The position numbers and the translations under genes are program-made. From Octopus sinensis (lineage: Eukaryota), in assembly GCF_006345805.1 (NCBI RefSeq), contig NC_043011.1, positions 42,172,464-42,236,463 on the forward strand: a stretch of 64,000 bases of DNA. The letters are read 5' to 3'. Under the pieces are notes generated by a model. That model ran no database searches and was not told where the DNA came from. It was given only the letters and a program-made list of their open reading frames with translations. Positions 53,301 to 64,000 of the stretch are shown in pieces; position 1 is the stretch's first letter, and every line of letters begins with the position of its first letter.

Positions 53301-55625
53301 TACCGAAAAAGATCAAAGAAGGTGCCGACAGAGATCAAAGAGGGTACCGACAGAGATCAAAAGGGAGTACCGAAAAAGATCAAAGAGGAGTACCGAAAGA
53401 GATCAAAGAGGTTGTCGAAAGAGATCAAAGAGGGTGCCGACAGAGATCAAAGAGGTTGCCGACAGAGACCAAAGAGGAGTACCGAAAAAGATCAAAGAGG
53501 AGTACCGAAAAAGATCTATGAGGGTGCCGAAAGAGATCAAAGAGGAGTGCTGAAAGAGATGAAAAAGGAGTATCGAACGAGATCAAAGAGGTTGTCGAAA
53601 GAGATCAAAGTGGGTGCCGACAGAGATCAAAGAGGTTGCCGACAGAGATCAAAGAGGAGTGCCGAAAAAGATCAAAGAGGGTACCGACAGAGATCAAAGA
53701 GGGTGCCGACAGAGATCAAATAGGTGCCGAAAGAGATCAAATAGGAGTGCCGAAAGAGATGAAAAAGGTACCGAAAGATATCAAAGAGGTTGTCGAAAGA
53801 GATCAAAGAGGGGCCGGCACAGATCAAAGAGGGTACCGACAGAGATCAAAGAGGAGTACCGAAAAAGATCAAAGAGGGTGCCGAAAGAGATCAAAGAGCG
53901 GCCGACAGAGATCAAAGAGGGTGCCGACAGAGATCAAAGAGGGTACCCAAAAATTTACCAAGAATTTCACCTAAAAAGTTTTAGCCAAAATTTTACCCAA
54001 AAATTTTTAAGAAAATTTTCCCCCAAAATTTGTCGAAAATTTTCACCGAAATCTTTACCCAAAAATTTACCGAAAATTTTAACCCAAAAAGTTTTCGAAA
54101 ATTTTCACCGAAAATTTTACCCAAAACTTTTCAGAAAATTTGTCGAAAATTTTACCCAAAAATTTTCACCGAAATTTTTCAAAAATTTTTCGAAAATTTT
54201 CACCGAGAATTTTCCCTAAACTTTTTGGGTGAAATTTTCGAAAAATTTATGGGAAAAATTTTTTGGTAAAATTTCACCTAAAAAGTGTTCGAAAATTTTC
54301 ACTGAAAATTTTACCCAAAAATTTTCACCGAAATTTTTCAAAAATTTTTCGAAAATTTTACCCAAAAAGTTTTCGAATATTTTCACCGAAAATTTTACCA
54401 AAAAATCTTGCGAAAATTACCCAAAATTTTAACCAGAAAGTTTTCGAAAATTTTCACCGAAAACTTTACCCAAAAATTTACCAAAAATTTCACATAAAAA
54501 GTTTTCGAAAATTTTCACAGAATATTACCCCAAAAATATTACGAAAATTTTCCCCAAAAATTTGTCGAAAACTACACCAGAAAATTTACCGAAAATTTTA
54601 ACCTAAAAGTTTTTTGAAAATTTTACCCAAAAATTTTCCGAAAATTTTACCCAAAAATTTGTCGAAAATTTTATCCCAAAATTTTCCAAACATTTTTACC
54701 GAAATTTTTCAAAAATTTTTCGAAAATTTTCACTGAAAATTTTACTTCAAAATTTTCCGAAAATCTTCACTGAGAATTTTCCCCAAAAATTTTCCGAATA
54801 TTTTCACCGAAAATTTTACCCAAAAATTTTGCGAAAATTTTCACCGAAAATTTTAACCAAAAAGTTTTCGAAATTTTCACCGAAAACTTTACCCAAAAAT
54901 TTTCAGAAAATTTTCCCCTAAAATTTCACCCAAAAATTTTCACCGAAATTTTTCAAAAATTTTTCGAAAATTTTCACCGAAATTTTCCCTAAAAAATTTT
55001 CGACAAATTTTTGGGGAAAATTTTCGAAAACTTTCTGGGTGAAATTTTCGAAAAATTTATGGGAAAAATTTTTTGGTAAAATTTCACCTAAAAAGTGTTC
55101 GAAAATTTTCACTGAAAATTTTCTCCAAAAATTTTTCGAGAATTTTCATCGAAAATTTTACCCAAAAATTTTCCGAAAATTTTCCCCTAAAATTTCACCC
55201 AAAAATTTTCACCGAAATTTTTCAAAAATTTTTCGAAAATTGGCACCGCTGGCTTTCCATACTTAGTGATTTGGGCACCGCTGGCTTTTCATACTTTGTG
55301 ATTTTGGCACCGCAAATGTTTTCCGACAATTTTCCGAATATTTTACCCAAAAAATTTTTCGAAAATTTTCACCGAAAATTTTCTCCAAAAATTTTTCGAT
55401 GTTCACCGAAAATTTTACCCAAAAATTTTTCGGAAATTTTCACCGAAAATTTTACCCAAAAAGTTTTCGACTATTTTACGCAAAATTTTTCCGAAAATTT
55501 CACCAAAAAATTTTCGAATATTTTCACCGAAAATTTTACCCAAAAATTTTGCGAAAATTTTCACCGAAAATTTTAACCAAAAAGTTTTCGAAAATTTTCA
55601 CCGAAAACTTTACCCAAAAATTTTT
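47321..55625. repeat. 8.3-kb composite satellite: AT-rich A blocks (gaaaattttcaccgaaaattttaccc), 32-bp B cassettes (about 47389-47540, 48100-48250, 55242-55330) and a purine-rich 22-23-bp C array (48746-53946)
   Basis: B period of 32 bp verified (ggcacc at 47389, 47421, 47453, 47485, 47517). C consensus is agagatcaaagagggtgccgac with variant units. Confidence 0.95.
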
Positions 55626-56777
55626 GGAAGGCAGCGCCTTTTTTGTTCATGGTCTTCACGAAATTCTTCATTAAACCAAGCTTGATATGAATAGAAAGAA
55701 GCACCTTGTTCATGTCCACCAGAGGATTTTCTTGGACACTGTGTTCACCATGCACGAAAGTGTTCCTAGATCCCCTGTCTTGTAGTGCTTGGACACAGCC
55801 CGACTGTCCCAGAGAGAGAGAGGAAGCAACAGTATTTTGTGAAACCCGCTTGCATACCCATAAGAAGCTCAGTGACCTTGAGGTCCCCACAGAAACACCA
55901 CTGGTACTGGTTGTACCTGACAACTTCCTAAAGGAACTCGATATTGCCATACGACTCCTTCAGATGGACTGAGTAGGCAACGGGAATGCTGAGGTGTTTA
56001 TTCCCATTGTACAGAAGCACAGCCTTCACTTGGAAGAGTCTATGAAAAGACGCCAGTCTGAGGGATTGTGTGGGAAACCAAGAAAGCTAAACAAGCCAGA
56101 GACATTTGTGCAGTAGCACAACTTGTTTTCTATGTCAAAGAATGAAGCAAAGTCATGGTTCTGTGTCCTGAAACTGGTGACCCTCACGTCTGCTTTGACC
56201 AGGTTCTACTGCTTAAGCTGGGATGCCAGGAGCTCTGACTACTGCTTAGATAGATGCAAATCACGGACTAGGTCATTCAAGTCTTCTTGCGTTATTCAGT
56301 GGGGTTCATTGCCACTTGCTCCTGATGATGAAAGAAGGAGATCCTTATTTGTTGGGAGTGAAGGGACAGGGAGATCATCTGAGTGGGGGGCAGGTTGGGA
56401 TAGCTGAGGGAAGGTTGGGATATTTGATATTTTTTTCTAGAAGAAGCATTGAAACCTTTTATATTTGTTAGACAAAAATAACAATCATCTGCATGGCTTC
56501 GTGGCTCTCTCCAGACCATCGGGACAGCAAAGTGGAAGGCTGCTTTCTTGCCGTTAAACCATGCAGTTAGTCCATTGTAGCAAGGCTTACAACAGATGTG
56601 TGGGGCCCAGGATTTTTACTCATCTCCAATTTTATAGTCAAAATAATGAAAGTAAGCAATTCTCAGGAGAGAAATAAATGTTCGGCGCTGTGCAACTGTC
56701 GTGAAATCCCCACACACGTAGCAGAATGAATTTGTCTTGTTGATGCATCCTCGGTGTTTTGACGTGCCTGAAGCCAT
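55626..56777 (-). pseudogene. N-terminal and catalytic part of the same Chapaev-type transposase (frameshifts and stops)
   Basis: ATG at 56777. Motifs in order: NSFCYVCGDF, KSWAPHICC, MVWREPRSHADDCYFC, SDWRLFIDSSK, CGDLKV, GFTKYCCF, HIKLGLMKNFVK, GAAF. The Chapaev3 assignment is from recall of these motifs. Confidence 0.85.
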
Positions 56778-58302
56778 TGTAGAGATATTTAACATATGTA
56801 TTACAAAAATCTGGAAAACAAAATAAAAACTGATCATATATATGGCTACGTGAATGGTCGCAAAATCATAATAATGTACATCTCAAAAACTAGAGGTGAC
56901 GAGTGAAAACTAGTTTTGTATCTGAAATCAGCATCCCAAAATTAAGCTAGAACTGAACTATTTTTCTGTTTGCCTCAATTTCTCTGTAAATCAAATAATT
57001 ATTCTATTTCAGTCAAATGACATATTGTTTATGTGATGTGTGATTCTTTTCCGGTCATCGACGAAAGCATGACTATTATGCAACTTTGATAGTTTCTCAG
57101 TTGTTCTGGCAAGATGTCTTTATTTGGTAATTCTGTTATTAATACAGAAATGTAAAGACTGAATTGTTTGTGCTTGGGATAGAATGACAAATAGTGTTTG
57201 TTATTACACTAGATACTCTAAGTCCAACCTCCTATCAAGGTCAGCTTCGCATTTCCGAGTTGATAAAATAAAATAGAAAAACACTGTACCAGTTCATTGC
57301 AGCGGATTGGCAGAACTGTAAGGACGTCGGACCGGATGCCTTATAGTACTTGTTCCGGCTCTTAGCGTTTTGTGTTCAAATCCCACCATATTAGATTTAA
57401 TCCGTCACCACAGTTTAACTTCATGGTACCTTGGATAGGTCCTGGGTACTTTGGATACCTTTAACAGAGATTACCCTGCTGCAAGCAGTCCTCTCGCACC
57501 TTCCAACTCATCTCAGAGTCTCTGGTGAAGAGTTGTTGGCATTGTGTTTCTTTTTGATTAAAAATAAACATCCACTTTGAATCGACATTTTGTGCAAGAA
57601 ATAAGCTGACAATTTTAAGATAATTTCCGGCAGTCGCTGGCAACTAGGAGGCGGTGCTGATTGTTATGAGTCAACCTTACTGCTACGTCTGTGTCCTTGA
57701 ATGAGTGAAAGTAAGGAAGGAACCCGTATACGTCTTCGCTGGGGAGTGGCGGACTGTGAAACGGTCCGTCAAGAAACTCCTGCCTTTTCTACACTGTGAA
57801 GTAAGATTGTATTTACATGTTTGTTCCCCACCACCATTTGTCAACTGGATTGAACCCAGAACCATGTGATTTGGAAACGAACGCGTGAAAGGAATATTGA
57901 GCCCATTGAAGAGCACACAAAAACTCTTATATCGTAAGAGAGAGAGAGAGAGAGAGGAGTTTGATATGTTGTAATATCTTTCTCAATTATTTTGTTTATT
58001 TATCATAACGTTTAAATACATCTGCATTGCAAGAATCTAATCTACATAGCATCTTATTATAAGCAGATTGTGTGTGTGTGTGTGTGTGTATGAACGATAA
58101 TGAAATATATTGTCTTTAATAGAAAAGAAGAGAGAGCAAACTGCCAAAAGACGAAACTTGAAACTATAAAATAAATAAACGAAGAGGGAATATAACAATT
58201 TGTGTTTTTAAATAGTTAAAATTACTCTTTTTCACACACACATCTAATGCGCGCGCGTGTCTCTGTGTGTGTCCATATGCGTACAGAGGCGGTTCAAATA
58301 TC

Positions 58303-58922
58303 CTTTCCTACTCTAGGCACAAGGCCCGAATTTTTTGGGTGTGTATGTGGGGGTGGGTGGGTAGGGTGCAGTCGATTAAATCGACTCCAATACGCAACTG
58401 GTACTTAATTTATCGACCCCAAAAGGATGAAAGGCAAAGTCGACCTCGGCCGTATTTGAACTCAGAACGTAAAGACAGACGAAATACCGCTAAACATTTC
58501 GTCCGGAGTGCTAACGTTTCTTATTTCTTTATTGCTCACAAGGGGCTAAACAGAGGGGACAAACAAGGACAGACAAACGGATTAAGTCGATTACATCGAC
58601 CCTAGTGCGTAACTGGTATTTAATTTATCGACCCCGAAAGGATGAAAGGCAAAGTCGACCTCGGCGGAATTTGAACTCAGAACGTAAAGACAAATGAAAT
58701 ACCTATTTCTTTACTACCCACAAGGGACTAAATACAAAGAGGACAAACGGATTAAGTCGATTATATCGACTCCAGTGCGTAACTGGTACTTATTTAATCC
58801 ACCCTGAAAGGATGAAAGGCAAAGTCGACCTCGGCGGAATTTGAACTCAGAACGTAGCGGCAGACGAAAGACCACTAAGCATTTCGCCCAGTGTGCTAAC
58901 GTTTCTGCCAGCTCGCCGCCTT
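58303..58922 (-). mobile_element. Trimeric SINE family 1 insertion with a single 16-bp TSD
   Basis: aggcggttcaaatatc at 58287-58302 and 58923-58938. Three head-to-tail SINE bodies lie between the two copies. Confidence 0.9.
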
Positions 58923-59101
58923 AGGCGGTTCAAATATCAGTGTCACTTTTAAATCTTGTTTTTATTGTCTATTACATATTTTGTAGTCGTTTTTATCTTT
59001 GTTTTAACTTTTCAAACGGAGTTATAATGTAGTAAAACTTTCAGAATGCGCTCTCCTCACCTCCTCTCTCTCCTTCTCTCTCTCTCCCTCGTGTGCGTGT
59101 A

Positions 59102-59133
<32 letters not shown>

Positions 59134-60015
59134 CTAATGTGTTTATACACACAACTACATACACGTATACGTAAGCTATAATTTTCATATATGTGGTTTG
59201 CATTGCGAAAACACAGACATTTAAAAAGCCAACACATGTAAATAGAGATGTCACAGTCGCTATTGCACAGACACTAAGTGTTTTAATGTGTCAGGTAAGG
59301 GTTTTATATGTCGAACTTGACAATATTTTGTATATTTTATTTTCGCTTCATTCTCCTCGTTTTCGTTTCACATTAAATTTACACAACATATGGGAAATAT
59401 TTTGAAGAGGGTTTCTTTCTCCTCGATGCCTGAAAATCTGCTGCTCTTAAGATTATTGCTGAAACACCCAATAAAACATGATTTACAGCCACAACCTATT
59501 ATCACGGGAGACCAACTTCTATGTAGGGAAGCTGTTGTTCATTATATGTCTTCCCCTCCCCCACTCACTGATTTGGGGTTTTTTTATCTTTTTTTCACTT
59601 CTTTTGTACTACTTTTTTTTTTTTAATCCCATTTAACATAGCGGGTGGACTCAGTTGTTGTTTATCGCCAGGTCAGCATCTGTCTACCAGACAGATCTTT
59701 GATCAATGGTTTACAACTACAACCTTCCAGTCTTTCTTTTATTTTTAATGTTGTGTATTTAAGGCTACAATAGTGTCCTTTTTTGTAAAACTAAAGTGTA
59801 GTTTGAGGGAGAGTTGGCTGCTAGCTCTTGCAAGTCTTGCGAATATGAAAATGCACTCTCATTGATTTGTGGTTTCTGTTGTGAAAATTGTTTATTCAGG
59901 GGTCAACGCTGATTGAACAGGCGTATGGTCTGAGGCATTCCAGCCAAATATAATAATATAAGAAATACTAAATTTCTAAATCTCTCGTAGAGACATGTAC
60001 GGTGGTGGGGCGATA

Positions 60016-60280
60016 GAATGGTTGTATACTGTCAATCTAACACGAACGTGACAGTAGGCGGGGTACACCACCGCTGTATAGCCCTAGGAAGCATCGACGC
60101 CTCCTGATGGCTTTGACACATTTTCCCTGTGTCCTTATATACATTTACGAAGGGGAGACAAACAAATGTATATAAGGACACAGGGGAAAATGTGTCAAAG
60201 CCATCAGGAGGCGTCGATGCTTCCTAGGGCTATACAGCGGTGGTGTACGTTCGTGTTAGATTGACAGTATACAACCATTC
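60016..60280. repeat. Near-perfect inverted repeat (arms about 117-131 bp) with a 17-nt spacer
   Basis: Spacer at 60147-60163. The left arm has a 15-nt extra segment (60050-60064), and there is a 1-nt indel in a C-run. Confidence 0.9.
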
Positions 60281-62479
60281 ATAATAATATAAATATTAGA
60301 TTTAAACATTTCGGCACGAAACTGCTTTTGGTTCTACGATACAAACTTTTCGCTTTACAGTGATCTAAGTCAAAACCAGCCATTCAAACTTTCATGTCAA
60401 CTTACATTTCTCTCACCGGATAAAAATCTTTACCTTGTCCAAAGCATTTTTACAAGTTTATCCCTTAACATTCATGCTTGTTTACAGGCTTTTCGTTTGC
60501 TTCGGTTTCGTAAGTTGTAATTTAAAGCTTTTCTTTTATAAGTCTCGTATTACTCTCAAGTGGTTGTATGGGCGCCAGGAAAATATTTCCAGTGAATCAT
60601 AGGCGACACACAGGACAGGCAAAGGATTGATAACAACAAAATTAAATGAAACAAAGATGGTGTATTTCAACAAAAATATGGTAACAAAAGGGTTGAAGTC
60701 GGGCGCGGTACCAGGAATTTTTCGAAAGGAGGGCACAAGGTCAGAAGGAAATACAATTCCCGGAGAAAAGGGCGTAATAACATTATTTAAAAGGGTGCAC
60801 TTTTCCTGAGTAGGGAGCGTGCCCCTCAGGCTCCCCTGGAAGTCATCTTAATTAAAGCCGTCCATCAAAATTTCATGTTAATTAATATAATTTATGTCCC
60901 CAACAACAGATTAACCTTTTAATTGTCCGAAGCAGTTTCTGAAGTTTGTCCTAAACGCCCACGCTTGTTTTCAGACTTTTAGTTAGGCCTTGCTTCGTGC
61001 GTTCCGAGTTATGTAAAGTTACTCTGGTGGTTGGAAAAAATTGTGAATGTTCGTCATATATGATGCATGGACGCCAGGGAAATATGTCCTGAGTATCACA
61101 AATGATACACGGGACATGCAAAGGGTCAAACATCTGGTATTTAGGCATTTTGCAGGGTGTAAAACGAACGAATTGGCAGTCGGTAGGGCGTTAATTAGGA
61201 TAGTTTTGTAGCTGTGATATTTATCTCGGCTGTCTAAACACCAAGTTCAAATCCTACTGAGCCCTACTTCCTATTCCTTCAGGGGTCGATAAATATCAGC
61301 CAAATATAGGCTGGATTCCTTTTTCCCTCCTTCTTTCTGGATCAGTCAGGTGAAAGCTGCAACAAGGAGCGTTCATGTTGTGTTCCCATCAATCATTTTA
61401 TCATCACCCTGGGCCACGACAAGAACGGAGTAAGATGTCAGAATTTTCTATCAACCATTACTGACACTTTGCCTCTCACTGCGTGGTGCTGCCTTCATTC
61501 ATTCAAGATGTTTGAAGACCGAAGAAAGCAAGAAGAAATAAAAGCTATATATTACAGAGATCTTGTTTTTACACTGTTAAATGTAAGGGAAACGATAAGG
61601 TTCTGTCTGTTGGGTTTTTAAGACGGTGTACAGGGAAGGTTGTAATGATCAGGGGTATTAGATATCAGCTATACGAGAACATAAAAGCATCGGGTTTGTT
61701 CTGTCGCTTGTAGAAAACCATCTGTGCATGTGAGGTGGTATCTCTTTTACCTTCAGATTTCCATGGGGCATTGAGAATGCCGGAGAGATAAGCTTTGTAC
61801 TCTAGAGTCAACGACTCCAACATGACGACGATCATCATCATCATCATCATCTTCTTCTTCTTCTTCTTCTTCTTCTTCTTCTCTTCTTCTTCTTTATTTG
61901 TCTTATTAGTAGTAGTGCACTGCACCACACAACAATAACTGAAAATGGTAATTTACATGAAACTGGTTAAGTTCTTGGGGGTGGAGTGGGGAGAGAGTGC
62001 TGTCCACCGGGTGTTGTGAGTGTTTATTGAGCGAAAACACCTAAAGCTCCACGAGGCTCCGGCACGGGGTGGTGGCGAACCCTGCTTTCTCTCACTCTTT
62101 CTTCTTGTTTCTGTTGTACCTGTATTTAAAAGGACCAACCTTGTCCCACTCTATGTCACGCTGAATCTACCCAAGAACTACGTTTGTGGAGTGCTCAGCC
62201 ACCTGCACGTTAATTTCACGAGCAGGCTCTTCCGTTGATCGGATCAACTGGAACCCTCGTCGTCGCAACCGACGGAGTGCCAATATGTTCCTACAAACAA
62301 TGTCAACTGGAAAAATATGTAAATTGTATACTAGAAAAATCCAAAATAAAACAGAAATATAGTGAGGGCACCATTAAGGTAAATAGTCCGATGGTATGGA
62401 ACATCTACGATAGGTCGTTCTTGGTTACATAGGTTTCGTTATATTAACTTTCCCCTGGTGAAACCAGCAGGAAATCAAC

Positions 62480-62730
62480 ATAACTCACCTTGATGAAAAA
62501 CTCTCACCCTCTCCTCATAAATAAATCGTCGCACCAATTTATGGGAAAAGATAGGCTCCAGAGCACATAGCGATTAGTTGTCTGAGAATGTATTATGCAC
62601 AACGTGATTGACCTTCGATCCAATACTCAACCAATCACAACACAGGACTCAGCCAATATTTAAAACTCAAGTGATAGGTAAATCGGCCATTACCGATTAC
62701 TGATTAACGTTCTGAGCCTATAAAAACCTG
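62480..62730. promoter_or_regulatory. Candidate promoter-like cluster (CCAAT x4, TATAAAA, and a strong minus-strand splice donor)
   Basis: CCAAT at 62534, 62620, 62631 and 62653. TATAAAA at 62719. AAG|GTGAGT on the minus strand at 62489/62488. Motif evidence only. Confidence 0.2.
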
Positions 62731-63159
62731 ATTCTTTTCAATATGCCATAATAGAAATTGGTCTCGTTACAGAACCACCAACCATAAAATATAACTAAAA
62801 TAACTCGTTTTTAACAGTGGGACTCGAAGTAGATAAAGCTTTAAATAATAAGGTGTTGAGTACTGGGTTCGAGTCCCACGGGCAGCCTTCGACTTGTTTT
62901 TCATCCAAAGTATTTTTGAACTGAATATCTTATCTGTTTTTATTTCTAGCTCTAAATACTTCGAGTTCCACCGTTAAAATGATTTATTTCATCTCTGGAA
63001 TTTAATAGAATAAATAGTTTTTGCCAATTTCCCATTAAAGTATCCGTTAATATACAAGCGATGTTTATAAAAATCCTTTGCTGATATTCTTCACAAACCC
63101 CCCTCTTTTTGTTTTCACTTTTATAATTCATCATCATCATCATCATCATCATTAACAAC

Positions 63160-63640
63160 AGTGGCGTCTCTTAGTATTAAAGATTTGTTTCCATTGAATT
63201 GATCTGTGTTCTAAGATGGCTGTATAAGTGTGTCTTTGATCCAAAAGAACCGTGACAACGAGAGCATAAGAATTGATTCCCAGCAGGGTCCAAGAGTTCC
63301 CTTTGAGGGTCTTGCTTCTCACCGTCGATATCAACTTCTGTCAGCCCCCCTCCTCTTTCAGGTTACTTTGAAAGAAATCACATCCAACGTGGCATTTTCT
63401 CCTACCGAGCAAGCGCTCAAATGCGCCAGCCGATGTACCTGATCGCTCGCTTTTCGGAGGGGTGTTCGGTTTAGTTGATCCCTGTATCGCCGTCTCTGAG
63501 TTCCCAGTGGATGTTTTCTTTCCGACACTGTACATGAGAAAATTCAACAGCCGGATAATACAGTATTGTTTGAACGTGACGGATCCATCATAGCCAGAGT
63601 AGCTGGTCACGTGACATGTCAGCTTGTTCTTTTCTTCTTT
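63160..63640 (-). pseudogene. RTE-clade LINE 3' end (post-RT region and terminal zinc finger), degenerate
   Basis: Minus strand: HPLGTQRRRYRDQL and FLCSRCHGSFGSKTHLYSHLRTQ*, followed by an (ATG)n tail. Confidence 0.7.
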
Positions 63641-63664
63641 GTTTTGTAATATATGCGAAGATGC

Positions 63665-64000
63665 AAGGCGTGGGGAGCTGGCAGAAACGTTAGCACGCCG
63701 GGCGAAATGCGTAGCCGTATTTCGTCCGCCGTTACGTACTGAGTTCAAATTCCGCCGAGGTCAACTTTGCCTTTCATCCTTTCGGGTTCGATAAATTAAG
63801 TACCAGTTACGCACTGGGGTCGATATAATTGACTTAATCCGTTTGTCTGTCCTTGTTTGGCCTCTCTGTGTTTAGTCCCTTGTGGGTAGTAAAGAATTAG
63901 GTATTTCGTCTGCCGCTACGTTCTGAGTTCAAATTCCGCCGCGGTCAACTTTGCCTTTCATCCTTTGGGGGTCGATTAAATAAGTACCAGTTACGCACCG
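63665..64000 (+). mobile_element. Dimeric or multimeric SINE family 1, truncated by the window end
   Basis: The head at 63665 and a second body restarting at gtatttcgtc 63901 give a period of 184 bp. Confidence 0.85.

Noticed and set aside
48809-54219. Many long overlapping K/E/R-rich ORFs
   Set aside because: They arise in all three frames from a stop-poor 22-23-bp repeat, and frame shifts between units show no coding constraint.
60100-60135. CTGATGG in the third palindrome as a hammerhead core
   Set aside because: A9 is absent and there is no GAAA or stem III partner.
63361-63530. Strong plus-strand acceptor (cctctttcag|g) suggesting a host exon
   Set aside because: The region is better explained as the minus-strand 3' end of an RTE LINE.

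Overview
Repeat-saturated eukaryotic DNA. It is most likely a cephalopod (Octopus) intron or intergenic region; this is inferred from the tRNA-derived SINE families and the density of (CA)n/(TA)n/(TACA)n microsatellites. I found no intact host protein-coding gene, and nearly all listed ORFs are translations of microsatellites or satellites. Recognisable content: several tRNA-SINE families; LINE remnants (two APE endonucleases, an RTE 3' end); Tigger, mariner, hAT and Helitron-like DNA elements; and a near full-length Chapaev-type transposase pseudogene split by an 8.3-kb three-component satellite. The most striking signal is a set of hammerhead-ribozyme motifs of the Penelope-like (PLE) type. 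One is fully intact and present in both arms of a perfect 253-bp-arm palindrome (27727-28249). Another sits inside a tRNA-headed SINE. All structures were read by eye and coordinates may be off by a few bases.
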